The notes: generated from the letters alone by a model not told the origin. Shown: positions 24,534 to 39,896, counted from the whole stretch's first letter. The stretch: 63,955 bases of DNA, filler included, from Octopus bimaculoides (GCF_001194135.2; 5 parts of 5 records of this genome joined end to end with filler, not necessarily neighbours in it); one strand, 5' to 3'. Program-made: numbers and translations.

Positions 24534-26871
24534 NNNNNNNNNNNNNNNNNNNNNNNNNNNNNNNNNNNNNNNNNNNNNNNNNNNNNNNNNNNNNNNNNNN
24601 NNNNNNNNNNNNNNNNNNNNNNNNNNNNNNNNNNNNNNNNNNNNNNNNNNNNNNNNNNNNNNNNNNNNNNNNNNNNNNNNNNNNNNNNNNNNNNNNNNNN
24701 NNNNNNNNNNNNNNNNNNNNNNNNNNNNNNNNNNNNNNNNNNNNNNNNNNNNNNNNNNNNNNNNNNNNNNNNNNNNNNNNNNNNNNNNNNNNNNNNNNNN
24801 NNNNNNNNNNNNNNNNNNNNNNNNNNNNNNNNNNNNNNNNNNNNNNNNNNNNNNNNNNNNNNNNNNNNNNNNNNNNNNNNNNNNNNNNNNNNNNNNNNNN
24901 NNNNNNNNNNNNNNNNNNNNNNNNNNNNNNNNNNNNNNNNNNNNNNNNNNNNNNNNNNNNNNNNNNNNNNNNNNNNNNNNNNNNNNNNNNNNNNNNNNNN
25001 NNNNNNNNNNNNNNNNNNNNNNNNNNNNNNNNNNNNNNNNNNNNNNNNNNNNNNNNNNNNNNNNNNNNNNNNNNNNNNNNNNNNNNNNNNNNNNNNNNNN
25101 NNNNNNNNNNNNNNNNNNNNNNNNNNNNNNNNNNNNNNNNNNNNNNNNNNNNNNNNNNNNNNNNNNNNNNNNNNNNNNNNNNNNNNNNNNNNNNNNNNNN
25201 NNNNNNNNNNNNNNNNNNNNNNNNNNNNNNNNNNNNNGTGTGTATACGTTCTTCCCAACACCACCAGCACAACCATTTGCCAGCCGGTTAGTGAGTTTAC
25301 GTGCCCTTAATTAAGCGATTCCGCAAAAGAAGCCGGTTGAATAAGTACCCGGCTGAACACAATATAAGTTCTGCTGTCCATTCATTCGACCAAAAGTTCT
25401 TCAAGACGCCCCCACCCCCACCCCAGTATCGTTGCAATCTAATGACTGAAACAAGTAAATTGTAGAAGATAAAAATGGATGATTAAAAAAATGTAAGGGA
25501 GACAACTCTAAATGTTAAATTTCTTGAAACAAAAACGTATTCACTCCAGTGTAGAATGGAAGAATTATTCGAAAGACGTTATTCCTGTCTAATATATTCC
25601 CCATGTGGTTAAATAGTATATTTATTCATTTTATTAGGAATTTTCATCATTTCTTAAATATTTCCAGGAATTACAAAATATAATAGCAAACCAATAATGT
25701 GGAGTTTTAGTAAGGTGCTGGGAATATAGGAAAGTGAAAGAGTTGTCTGTTAGTTAATTATATTACCATATCTATTCTATACTACATATATAAACTATCA
25801 ATGTTATTTTATTTGTTTTTTTTCTTGTATCAATTTTAGATTTTCATGTTATTTTATTGCCTATTTAAGTCTGCGGATGAAAAAAATTCAATTAATTTTT
25901 ATAGGTGCTTTACAAGAATGTTATTACTGACTTCAAATTTTTTTCAAAAAAATACACTTTCACTAATTCCTGTTATAGATCTGTGCCGAAACTGGGGTAC
26001 CTCTATCAGGGATGCTCGTTACACATTCCTATCGATTCCAGGAATTATTTCACAGGAGTGTGTCTATGTGTGTGTGTATGTGTGTGTGTATGTGTGTGTG
26101 TATGTGTGTGTGTATGTGTGTGTGTATGCGTGTTCGTGCTATGATTGATCGCCAGCCACTAAGCCTTTTTTTTACTTTCTCTCTCTGCTTATTTCTGTGT
26201 TCCTTTCTGTCAAAGAGCGTAGGCTCGAAATGTAAAAGATTTTCTCACTTCCCGAGTGTTAAACCAATACATCTGTTTGTTGTTTACACACCCGTCTACG
26301 TCTTTTGCTTTGNNNNNNNNNNNNNNNNNNNNNNNNNNNNNNNNNNNNNNNNNNNNNNNNNNNNNNNNNNNNNNNNNNNNNNNNNNNNNNNNNNNNNNNN
26401 NNNNNNNNNNNNNNNNNNNNNNNNNNNNNNNNNNNNNNNNNNNNNNNNNNNNNNNNNNNNNNNNNNNNNNNNNNNNNNNNNNNNNNNNNNNNNNNNNNNN
26501 NNNNNNNNNNNNNNNNNNNNNNNNNNNNNNNNNNNNNNNNNNNNNNNNNNNNNNNNNNNNNNNNNNNNNNNNNNNNNNNNNNNNNNNNNNNNNNNNNNNN
26601 NNNNNNNNNNNNNNNNNNNNNNNNNNNNNNNNNNNNNNNNNNNNNNNNNNNNNNNNNNNNNNNNNNNNNNNNNNNNNNNNNNNNNNNNNNNNNNNNNNNN
26701 NNNNNNNNNNNNNNNNNNNNNNNNNNNNNNNNNNNNNNNNNNNNNNNNNNNNNNNNNNNNNNNNNNNNNNNNNNNNNNNNNNNNNNNNNNNNNNNNNNNN
26801 NNNNNNNNNNNNNNNNNNNNNNNNNNNNNNNNNNNNNNNNNNNNNNNNNNNNNNNNNNNNNNNNNNNNNNN

Positions 26872-26920
<49 letters not shown>

Positions 26921-28036
26921 ATCCTCCTGTCAAGAGTTGCAGATGAAAGCAATATTGGTTTACAATTTTGGAAGGAGGCCACCGATCGTAGGGAAGCGGC
27001 TATGTCAATTACCTCAACCCAAGCCCGCAACTAGTACTTACTTTATCGACCCTGAAAGAATGAAAAGTAAAATCTACCTCGGTACGCAACTGGTACTTAA
27101 TTTAACGACTTCGAAAGGATGGAAGGCAAAGTCGACCTCGGCGGAATTTAAAGTCCGCATTGAAATATTAAACCACTATTAGCGATCAAGAAAGCAGTAA
27201 CTTAACAGAATTAGCGTAACTTACTTCACGTTGAGTTTACATTCTCTTGAATTCAGCTATACCTCTTATCTTTTGGAGTCAATAGTTAAAGAACCACCCA
27301 TGCAATGAACTTAATACTCCTTACCTTTCATCTCTCAGACGTGGCTATGAAACGTACATAACATTCAAATTTAATATTTACATATATATCAAGCGCTTTT
27401 TAAGTATCCCTCGACAATTTTCCACCCCATAACGCATCATTAATCAACCAGGTACGAAATCGAAAGTTACTCATCAACGTTCTTGTGATCTAAGATCGAT
27501 TTCAGAAACAAGTGGTTCCAACACGAATTTCTTAACCACAAAGCTATATATATCTGAGCTTATAGTTGTGTTCTTTATTCCGCCATGTCTATTGTATTGT
27601 ATATTGTTATTCATATATAAACTATCAATTTCTGTTATCATTTTTGTCTAATATATTTTGTTTAATTTTACTCGTATTTCCTTGCTTTATTTTTTTGGCC
27701 ATTTAGGTTTGCAGCTGCCAAAAAAAAAATAAAATAAAATAAAATCAATTAATTTTTATGGGTACCTTTCAATAATGTTATTACAGACAAAAGGAATGAA
27801 GAATATAAATTTAAAATATAGATAAAAAATATAGACTTTAAAATATATAAATATAAGAGAGGAGGAGAGGAAGGAGGAGGAGGAATAACAACAAAAGTCA
27901 TAGCGAAGTGGTTAAGCATAGCAGTTTGCGCCAGCGAGTTTCGCTCTTTCGTTACAGTCTTACAGCCCATTGGTTATATTTGCGTCGGGTTGACCAATGA
28001 ATTGTGAGTGGAAATTGTAGAGGCTATATATACATG

Positions 28037-28087
<51 letters not shown>

Positions 28088-28327
28088 NNNNNNNNNNNNN
28101 NNNNNNNNNNNNNNNNNNNNNNNNNNNNNNNNNNNNNNNNNNNNNNNNNNNNNNNNNNNNNNNNNNNNNNNNNNNNNNNNNNNNNNNNNNNNNNNNNNNN
28201 NNNNNNNNNNNNNNNNNNNNNNNNNNNNNNNNNNNNNNNNNNNNNNNNNNNNNNNNNNNNNNNNNNNNNNNNNNNNNNNNNNNNNNNNNNNATATATGTA
28301 TATGTATATATATATGTATATATATGA

Positions 28328-28366
<39 letters not shown>

Positions 28367-31191
28367 TAGATAGATAGATAAATATACGACGGGCTTCTTT
28401 CAGTTTCTGTTCAACAAATCCACTTACAAAGCATTGGTCGGCCCGAGGCTATAGTGGAAGACACAGACCCAAGGTACCACGCAGTGGTACTGAAACTGGA
28501 ACAATGTGGTTGGGAAGCAAGCTTCTTACCACGCAGCCACGCCTCTATGAGTATGTGTGTATGCGTGCTAGCAAGCATATGATTGTGTGTCTGCGCCTCT
28601 GCGTATGTGTGTATAGATGTTGTTTGTATTATTTTTGCAATAATCTTGATGTGAAAACATGTGTTGAAACAGAAGCATTTGTAAACCGGGAGATTCGTTC
28701 CAGGCTAAAATAACACGAAATGGTTCCGCTTCACTTCTATATATTTACTAATTAATTAATAGTCAACTACCGAAGTAATTGACCCTTCTACTAATCAGCA
28801 GATCGTTTCATCTATCGGTCAATCAGATGGTTTGTTATCGTAGTTTGTTAGCATCAGCGACTGCATCAATGTTGGTCCAGATCAGTCTGAATGTAATGAA
28901 ATTCATAGTACTGCGTTTTGTGTATGCATATAAACATTTTGGTATTTGCAACAGTGTGTTTATTTGTGTGTATGTATGTGTGTGTGTAGTCGGCAGTGCG
29001 TACGTGTGTGTGTGTGTATGTATGTAATAGGCAGTGTGTCCCTGTGTGTAATAGGCAGTTTGTGGTCGTAAATATGTTTCGTTTATAGTTTAAGGTCTCG
29101 TTTTGATTGGTCAATGCTTATGCGCATAGACTGTGCATGAGTGCTTGTGTGTACAAGTATGCCTCTATGTGGCATGCCGGCGCCGTGATGCGAGTGCGCG
29201 TGCTACTCTGCGTTTAATGTGCGTGCGCTTTTGTATGCGCGTGCGTGTATGAATAGACGTTTATATATGTGCGCGCCTGAATCCGATTATCACTTATTTC
29301 CGTGTGTTAATGTATCTAGGAAGGTTCCGGTTCTGTAGCTAAGTGATTTCCTTTTATTCTTATCTCACAAGAGAATAATAAATCTATCAACATACGTACT
29401 TACTAAGACATACACCGTCAGCAAAATACATAGACATACACACTATTATAGATATTGATTTATCAATGCACATACACAGATATGCCTATACAAGCACGCA
29501 AACATGCATACACACATACATACATTCATACATACATAAATACATACATTTGTTAAACTGTACACACACACGCGAGCATTCAAACACACATATATATATA
29601 TTCATATACGTAGACGTGTGTATGCATATACTTTTAAGCATACGCGCCTCTACAAACATACATGCATACAAATGCACAGTATAAACGTATATACACGCAC
29701 ACATAAATATTAATTCATACACACATATATATATACATATATGAATACACACACACACACACACACACACACTGATATGATCGTTAGAGGGCGCTCATAT
29801 CCAGGTTTAAATGGCGGAGTAGATATCGTTCCAAATTTCTCTAAACATAATTCCACGTTTAGAAATACAAGGTGTGACAAAAGAACCCCCTGATTCGCCA
29901 TTCTTGATAAGCTTTTCAACCGTAAGCGTACGGTAAGCAAAGGTTGAGAACTAAAGATAAGCAATGAAATCCTATAAAACATTAGGGACATAAAGACCGC
30001 ATTATCACCTTCCTTCCATAACTAGCAACGTATCAATGGCTGTATAAAATATGGGAAGGTTTTTGTTTGTTTATTTTACTGCGCGGTGTACATAGCGTAT
30101 TGCTACATAAAATTGGTTTTTAACACAGATACAAAGTCGGCAATATGAGAAACAAAGACCGGTCGAGAGTAAAAATGGACAGCGTAAAGACCTGGCACGT
30201 TAGTGAATGCAACGTGCCATAACGAAGTCCAACAACTGCATTCGAAGTTGAGGGCCCACGCCAAGAGAAGTTAATGGCGTGAGTACGAGCATATAGNNNN
30301 NNNNNNNNNNNNNNNNNNNNNNNNNNNNNNNNNNNNNNNNNNNNNNNNNNNNNNNNNNNNNNNNNNNNNNNNNNNNNNNNNNNNNNNNNNNNNNNNNNNN
30401 NNNNNNNNNNNNNNNNNNNNNNNNNNNNNNNNNNNNNNNNNNNNNNNNNNNNNNNNNNNNNNNNNNNNNNNNNNNNNNNNNNNNNNNNNNNNNNNNNNNN
30501 NNNNNNNNNNNNNNNNNNNNNNNNNNNNNNNNNNNNNNNNNNNNNNNNNNNNNNNNNNNNNNNNNNNNNNNNNNNNNNNNNNNNNNNNNNNNNNNNNNNN
30601 NNNNNNNNNNNNNNNNNNNNNNNNNNNNNNNNNNNNNNNNNNNNNNNNNNNNNNNNNNNNNNNNNNNNNNNNNNNNNNNNNNNNNNNNNNNNNNNNNNNN
30701 NNNNNNNNNNNNNNNNNNNNNNNNNNNNNNNNNNNNNNNNNNNNNNNNNNNNNNNNNNNNNNNNNNNNNNNNNNNNNNNNNNNNNNNNNNNNNNNNNNNN
30801 NNNNNNNNNNNNNNNNNNNNNNNNNNNNNNNNNNNNNNNNNNNNNNNNNNNNNNNNNNNNNNNNNNNNNNNNNNNNNNNNNNNNNNNNNNNNNNNNNNNN
30901 NNNNNNNNNNNNNNNNNNNNNNNNNNNNNNNNNNNNNNNNNNNNNNNNNNNNNNNNNNNNNNNNNNNNNNNNNNNNNNNNNNNNNNNNNNNNNNNNNNNN
31001 NNNNNNNNNNNNNNNNNNNNNNNNNNNNNNNNNNNNNNNNNNNNNNNNNNNNNNNNNNNNNNNNNNNNNNNNNNNNNNNNNNNNNNNNNNNNNNNNNNNN
31101 NNNNNNNNNNNNNNNNNNNNNNNNNNNNNNNNNNNNNNNNNNNNNNNNNNNNNNNNNNNNNNNNNNNNNNNNNNNNNNNNNNNNNNNNNNN

Positions 31192-31223
<32 letters not shown>

Positions 31224-32351
31224 ATAGATATAGATGTATACACGCATACACACGTGCATGTATATATGTATGTAAAATATTGCAACAACAATTACAACAA
31301 TAAACACGACAACGAAACCGAAGAATGAAGAATTGGAATAATAATAATCTTTATGATTATAGTAATGTTAGTTTGTAACAAGACAATAAAAGGCAATAAC
31401 AAGACTATAACAAGTCAATAATCAGTTATTTCTGAAATGCTTTTGTCAAGATAAATTTGCTCTATAATGTTGTAATGCTCTTTGAGTCAAGTCTGTACCT
31501 CAATCGATGTAGAACGGGGATAACAATGGCTTTGAAGAAAACGAACGCATTATACAATGAAAATACTGCGGCAGCATTAAAGATGTACTTATTTTTATGC
31601 GTGTATGAGTTTGTATTTACATGCGTGTCGCTGTGTGTGTATATATGTACGTGTTTGTGTGTTTGTATGTGTGTATGTGTGAGTTGGCGTATGCGTGTAT
31701 GCACGTATATAAGTTTATATTATGTATTTGGATTTGTATATGTGTAAAATATGTGTATGTGTTAGTTATTTATGTACAAATATATTTATGTATATACATG
31801 TATATATATATATATATATATNNNNNNNNNNNNNNNNNNNNNNNNNNNNNNNNNNNNNNNNNNNNNNNNNNNNNNNNNNNNNNNNNNNNNNNNNNNNNNN
31901 NNNNNNTAGAAAATATTCCTTGTATTGCCTTATTACAAACTCTCTTGTTCTGAGTTCAAATCCTGTCTTGGGCGATTTTGATTTTCTTTATCCCTTTCTC
32001 GATAAAATATTTTCCGTTCGTCACTTTTGCTATAATCGAATCTTCTTTTTTAATAACATATGGTTTTGATCTAACATAATTAACCGATATATAATTTTAT
32101 ATTTATAAGTATGACTAATTAATGCCCCGAAAGAAGAAGTCTCAATGTCGGCGTTCAATGGATGTCAATAAGTGCTCTGGTTATGCAAGGATTGAAAAAA
32201 AAAAAAAAACATTGGTCGACTTTGCTTTTCGTCCTTTTGGGCTCGACAAATTAAGCACCAGTTGAGTACTGGGGTAGATGTAATTGACTTAACACCTCCC
32301 CAAAACATTTCAGGCCTTGTGACTATAGTAGAAAGGATTACCATTATTGTT

Positions 32352-32612
32352 AAAGGCGGTGAGCAAGCAGAATAGTTGGCACAACGGGCGAAATGCTTAG
32401 CGGTATTTCGTCCGTCTTTACATTCTGAGATCAAATTCTGCCGAGTTTGACTTTATCTTTCATCCTTTCGAGGTCGATAAAATAAATACCAGTAAAACAC
32501 TGGGGTCGATATAATCGATTATATCCTCCTCTAAAATTTCAGGCTTTTTGCCTACAGTAGAAAATATTATTATTATTATTATTATTATTATCATTATTAT
32601 TATTATCATTTA

Positions 32613-32667
<55 letters not shown>

Positions 32668-32705
32668 GTTGTTGTTGTCATCATCATCATCATCATCATC
32701 ATTAT
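32352..32705 (+). mobile_element. tRNA-derived SINE family B with (ATT)n tail (other copies ~6527-6692, 20497-20597, 24140-24319, 27030-27150 -, 42190-42320 -, 54415-55050 cluster, 59672-59880)
   Basis: Shared GGCGGTGAG..GCAGAAT head and body GTCGACTTTGC.TTTCATCCTTTCGGGGTCGATAAAATAAGTACCAG..CTGGGGTCGAT. Confidence 0.85.
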
Positions 32706-33307
32706 TGCACTTGCTTTATATTATATAATATTTTATATAATATTTTATATATACACATATATGGTAAGCCGAATTATCTCAAATATAAATTCGATATTTG
32801 GAATAATCTTGAAATATTAATTTCGCTATTCCGAATTATCTATTAATATTAATTCATTCTTCCTATTCCTTTTAGATTTGTATTTTTATTTCTTCCTCAT
32901 CTTTCTTTCTCTTTCGTTTCTTTGCCGTTTTCTTGTTTTATTTTGCGATTTATATGAATTTTTAAATCATTCTCAAATCCAGATTCGTAGATTAATCTAT
33001 TTATGTTATTAGAAGTGAAATATTATTCTTGAGGTTATTGTTGCCATTCTTGTCACTGTTGTTGATATTTTTTAATTAGAAGCTATTAGATTGCCTCATT
33101 CAAAGAATGAATCGTGATTATATCGTCTAAATGGTAGCCATTGCTGTATGATAAAGAATTTCAGTTGAAAACCATGTAGCTCCTGGCTCTAACCGACAGG
33201 GCTAGTACATGCTCGTGTATTTTCTGAATATCTTATTTCTACTAACGTACTTCCTAAAACAATTCTGGCTTGAGCAGTAGCGTGATATAAATGTATATGT
33301 GTGTGTT

Positions 33308-33351
<44 letters not shown>

Positions 33352-33566
33352 TGTGTGTATGTGTGTGTTCAAAAGTATTTGATTCGGATTCTGTGCTACT
33401 TCAAGTTGGCTAAAGGTTAAACGAACTCAAACGCTACATAATCACTAATTTAGTGACTGACAAAGGGAGGTATATCCACAGTGTACGCAGCCAGTTTCCA
33501 GCAGAATCCGAAATCGCGATCCGGGTCTGTATGCTGCAGACTTACCTCCATTTGTCAGTCATTAAG

Positions 33567-33630
<64 letters not shown>

Positions 33631-34662
33631 CACACACACACACAAAAAAACTGTACAAATGCATGTATTTGCCGGCATGTGTGAGCGTGTTTATGGATTC
33701 GCTTGTTTCTAAGTTTCAGTACGTTGGAGATAATCGTCTAGTCAGAAAGTCGGTCAGCCAATGATTGAATTACTGGAAAACTGATTTACTCTGATTTTCC
33801 TTTTTATATTTTTATTATGTTTAGAGTCCCCGTTGTGCTTCGATAGAGACGTTGAAATTGCGTCCGTAAATATTGCAAAGCGAGTGTATGTGTTTTGTGT
33901 ATTCAATCTTGAACGTCTCGCCAGTTGCTACAATGTTGATTACAGATAATTTCTAACTAATGGGTTTCGTCATTCAGATATTGCAGTTGCAGCTATGTTT
34001 GGCTGGCTGTTACATGTTTCTCGATATATAACTGATTTGTTTCAATTGAGTGTTTTAGCTGGATGTTAATTTATGATGACAACGATGACGATCACAGCAG
34101 ACGACGACGACGATGGTGATTACGCTGATGAAAACAGCAATTTTGATGTCGATTCCGCACTTGGGTGTGTGTCTATATGTATGCACACAAATATATATAT
34201 ATATATATANNNNNNNNNNNNNNNNNNNNNNNNNNNNNNNNNNNNNNNNNNNNNNNNNNNNNNNNNNNNNNNNNNNNNNNNNTATATGTTTGTATACACA
34301 GACATAAATATATGTATATATTTGCGTATGCATATATATATATATATATATATACGATCATGGATGTGTGTGATGGATCTCTGTGTGTATATCTTTGCTA
34401 ACTTGTCGATCGTCGTTTTATTGGTAGAATTTATTTTGAAGTGGAGCTTCCAGTTTTGCCTAATGTTTACCCAGTCACACTAACTCAATAGATAAACTAA
34501 TGTGAATGCAAGTGTGCATATATGCATACATATACACTCGCATATTTATATAATGAGAGATGGATTAATGAGTCTAGACGAGACTGGCGGGGAGTTGGAT
34601 AGATCGATATAAAGATATGATAGAGAAACACTCATATTGAAAGATACGTAGATAAATAAATA

Positions 34663-34697
<35 letters not shown>

Positions 34698-35019
34698 TGA
34701 GAGAGAAAGAGAGAGAGAGAAATGCTTAAATACATTGCTGTGCACAAATAGGGAAATATATGTGTAGACCTGGAAAGAAAGTAGACAACGTAGAAAATAT
34801 TTTCATCTTTCTGTATAATTTTGTGACGTTGTTCCTTTGTCGTTTCTAAATGAAGGCGGAAGTGGATACAAAATGACACAGCGTCTTCAGGATAACAACT
34901 TCCGCTTAACCTCCTCGATTATCATTTCAATCAAATAGATCAAATTATTTAAATATTGATATTATTCTACTTGTTTCGAGTGATTTGGGAATAAGACACT
35001 AACAACAACAACAACAATA

Positions 35020-35093
<74 letters not shown>

Positions 35094-35419
35094 TATAACA
35101 GAACAAAAGCAAAAATTATGATAATAATAACATCATTAAATTCTAATAAAACCACAATAATATTAATAATAACATTGATAACAATACAAAAATCAGGAAA
35201 ATATTAAATAACAATTTCAAGAAGAAGAAGAAGAAGAAGAAGAAGAAGAAGAAGAAGAAGAAGANNNNNNNNNNNNNNNNNNNNNNNNNNNNNNAGGGGG
35301 AGGAAGGGGAAGAGGGGGATGAGGAATATTAATAATAAGGTTTGAAAAATTGACAAGAAAAATGCTAAAAATAATAAAACAATAACAACAACAACAACAA
35401 CAACAACAGCAACAACAAC

Positions 35420-35484
<65 letters not shown>

Positions 35485-37711
35485 TAATAATAATTAGAAC
35501 AACGTCTACGTCATATTATTCTTTAAGGAAAAACAAGTAAGCAGGGAAAAAACAAATAATATAACAAAACTGTCGTATTTAGAAAGAGAGAACTTGACTT
35601 TGCTGACAGGAAATTGATGTTGAATTGTGAGTTTAGTGATGGAGATTTCATTGAGGACTAAATTGATCAGAAGGTCAGATATTTGACTTAAGTTTCTATA
35701 ATTTGTATTCGATCGCCAACAAGGAAGAAACGGTTTGCTTATCATCTTGATGAGAATATTTCGATGTAATCTAAATCGTCCAATCAGCAACAGCTTGGAA
35801 AGAAATTTCAGACGATTATTATTATAATCGTTGTATTCGTTTTTCTTCGATTAATCCGAACTGAGATTAGATGTGATTAAATGAATGCGTCCCAGCCGAG
35901 ACCGATTTGTATGCATTTCGGATACAATTTCCCTTCTAATATTACATTATCCAATGTAACGCAGAGAAATCGCTGTTATTTCCAGCTTTCCGGAGTATAG
36001 CATTCACAAGGCCAGGAAAGACCAGCATAACATAATCGGTTAGTCCTGACAGCGGCAATGGTGGTTCATTATCTGCTGCTAGCGATATAGGCAAGAGTGC
36101 TTATATGCACAAGTATATAAGAGCGGTTCTCTCATGGTAATTATCGCAGTATTCTGTTTTCTAACACAACACCTTCATTTAAGCAGGGGGTAACTAACAC
36201 CTTATCTTATTAATACTGCTTCTGTCGCTGTTACTTATTTTGTTAATAAGTCAACTGGCTATTTGTGACGCAACTGCTTGATTAGGCACTGAAATTCCAT
36301 GTATATTGCAAGCAGAGGAATCCATGCTATTTCCAGCTTCGGGCGTATACTGTTGACAAGGACAAGGAGGGTCAAGATCATGTGATCTCGTAATCCCGGC
36401 GGTGGCAGCGATGGTGGGTGATTATCTTCCGCTAACGATATGAACAAGAGTGCTTATATGGACCGCAAGCATATGTGAGAGGTTTACTCGTGATAACTAT
36501 CGCAGTGTATGCATATATATATGTATGTATATATACCTCTGCGTGTGTGTGTGTTTATGTTATATTATAATTCAAATTTGCTGAAAACAAATGAGGATGA
36601 CAGGGGAGGGAACAACGAGTACCTGTATTATTTTGGACGCTCGGAAAGAATGGAAAAGTCTCTGAAGTTTCAGGATTACGCACTTCGACAGAAAGGATTG
36701 AGAGGGGAAACAAATGGCGAGAGAACGAAAGAAAGGGAGAGAGAGAAAAAATGTGTAGGTATTACACCTGTACGCATATAGAATATAATTCAGAAACAGA
36801 TCAGGCATCATAGTAATAAATAAACACGAGCACAGAGTATTATAATAACACTGAAAAAGACAATAAATATTTGCTACGTTTCGGTAAGTGATCCTTTTTC
36901 AAGAACTAAAAAAAAGATGAATATAAAAATGAATTAGGATATAGGAAAAAGCTCAGTCGAACAAACTTACAAGCATGATTTATGGTATATGGTTTTTCCA
37001 TACATGCACCATATGAACGTATACATAGAGATACATATTCAGACACACTTATACATACAGACATATATATACACATATATATATATATATATATATATGT
37101 GTGCCATAAATATCGCCATCCACTTTGGAGAAAATTTGTAGTTTGGAATCAGTAGTTCTTTGACTGCTATTTCTAAATTTTCAGTATGTTGGAGAAGCAA
37201 CTCAATTGCTAATCCCTGTATATTTATAATGATAAATAGTCTTACCGATAAAGGTTTTTTTCATACTGAACTACTTGGCAGAATTGTTAATTATTAATTC
37301 TATTATTAATTGACGATTCTCTGCCCTTATTCTTGNNNNNNNNNNNNNNNNNNNNNNNNNNNNNNNNNNNNNNNNNNNNNNNNNNNNNNNNNNNNNNNNN
37401 NNNNNNNNNNNNNNNNNNNNNNNNNNNNNNNNNNNNNNNNNNNNNNNNNNNNNNNNNNNNNNNNNNNNNNNNNNNNNNNNNNNNNNNNNNNNNNNNNNNN
37501 NNNNNNNNNNNNNNNNNNNNNNNNNNNNNNNNNNNNNNNNNNNNNNNNNNNNNNNNNNNNNNNNNNNNNNNNNNNNNNNNNNNNNNNNNNNNNNNNNNNN
37601 NNNNNNNNNNNNNNNNNNNNNNNNNNNNNNNNNNNNNNNNNNNNNNNNNNNNNNNNNNNNNNNNNNNNNNNNNNNNNNNNNNNNNNNNNNNNNNNNNNNN
37701 NNNNNNNNNNN

Positions 37712-37749
<38 letters not shown>

Positions 37750-38559
37750 GGATGGATAGATGTATGTTTGTATGAATCTATATATGTATGCATGTTAGTA
37801 TGTATGTGAGTGTTTCGAAGTATGCGTGTATGTGTATGCACATATACGAACAAATATTCGCTGCGAAAGAGATAAAACATTTTTATATTCGTACATGGAA
37901 ACAAGAACATGTATATGTATGTAGGAGTCCCTATGCGTTTTTTATTACGTGGAAGTTTCTGTGTCGGCATTGGTGTGTGGTTAATGGCGAGTGTATATAC
38001 ATATACACATATGCACATGTATATATATGTATATATATAAAGATAGATCGATAGATATAAATATAGATATAGATATACACACACACACACNNNNNNNNNN
38101 ACATATATATATATACATATATGTATATATGTATATATATATATATGTGTGTGTATTATGTATGTATATATAGATACATATTCATATGTATGGATTTATG
38201 TATGTGGAATCACATAAATGTATATGTAAGTTTAGAAGTCTGCACAGTCCATATAAGTAAAACATCAATATATGTTTTATTAACTTCCCAAAATGATATC
38301 TACAGAAATTTTGTTGCTGATGTTTTTATTGTTATTAGTATTTTTATTATTATGTTGCTTCCAGACAGGAAATTATTAGCTTCCGGTTTCATTGTGAGTG
38401 CTTCGATTAAATATAGCGAACAGTCATGCAATAAAACGCAAAAATTCTGTGCATATATATGTGTGTATGTATATATACATTTATATATATACCTACACAC
38501 GGAGATAAATTTGTTCATATATATACATATGGCTGTGTGTGTGTGTCTCCGTATTTGAG

Positions 38560-38595
<36 letters not shown>

Positions 38596-39840
38596 CATGT
38601 ATAGTGATGTTTGTATGTAGACATATATATATATAAATATATATATATANNNNNNNNNNNNNNNNNNNNNNNNNNNNNNNNNNNNNNNNNNNNNNNNNNN
38701 NNNNNNNNNNNNNNNNNNNNNNNNNNNNNNNNNNNNNNNNNNNNNNNNNNNNNNNNNNNNNNNNNNNNNNNNNNNNNNNNNNNNNNNNNNNNNNNNNNNN
38801 NNNNNNNNNNNNNNNNNNNNNNNNNNNNNNNNNNNNNNNNNNNNNNNNNNNNNNNNNNNNNNNNNNNNNNNNNNNNNNNNNNNNNNNNNNNNNNNNNNNN
38901 NNNNNNNNNNNNNNNNNNNNNNNNNNNNNNNNNNNNNNNNNNNNNNNNNNNNNNNNNNNNNNNNNNNNNNNNNNNNNNNNNNNNNNNNNNNNNNNNNNNN
39001 NNNNNNNNNNNNNNNNNNNNNNNNNNNNNNNNNNNNNNNNNNNNNNNNNNNNNNNNNNNNNNNNNNNNNNNNNNNNNNNNNNNNNNNNNNNNNNNNNNNN
39101 NNNNNNNNNNNNNNNNNNNNNNNNNNNNNNNNNNNNNNNNNNNNNNNNNNNNNNNNNNNNNNNNNNNNNNNNNNNNNNNNNNNNNNNNNNNNNNNNNNNN
39201 NNNNNNNNNNNNNNNNNNNNNNNNNNNNNNNNNNNNNNNNNNNNNNNNNNNNNNNNNNNNNNNNNNNNNNNNNNNNNNNNNNNNNNNNNNNNNNNNNNNN
39301 NNNNNNNNNNNNNNNNNNNNNNNNNNNNNNNNNNNNNNNNNNNNNNNNNNNNNNNNNNNNNNNNNNNNNATATATTACAAAGAAACAAAACTAAAAACAC
39401 ATGAATGAAACATTGTGTATAAGTAAGCACCGGTTTATGTGATGCAATCTTTTTGAAAATATATAAATATGTACTGCGCGCCAGTGAAAAAAAAGAAACT
39501 ATATTGGAAATAGGAGAGGTTTATTATTCAAGGGCTGTAACCGAGTAACACACAGTCATAAACCACATAATAGGCCATCGATCTTCAGTTGATTGCTTTC
39601 CTACAACCCGGAGCGATATAGCACTCACCTCTCTCTATCTCTGTCTCCCCCTCCCTCTTGCCAGCTTTCTCTCTCCCCCTCTGTATATCTATCTATCTAG
39701 TAATCTGACGCTCTTTTTCTCTCTTTCTCTCTCCCTCACACTGTTTCCCCTTCTACCTCTCTTTTTCTCCACCTTTTTATACTTCATCTTCTCAGCATAT
39801 ATAGCTATAAAAAAACACACGTATATACATAGGCACTCAC

Positions 39841-39896
<56 letters not shown>

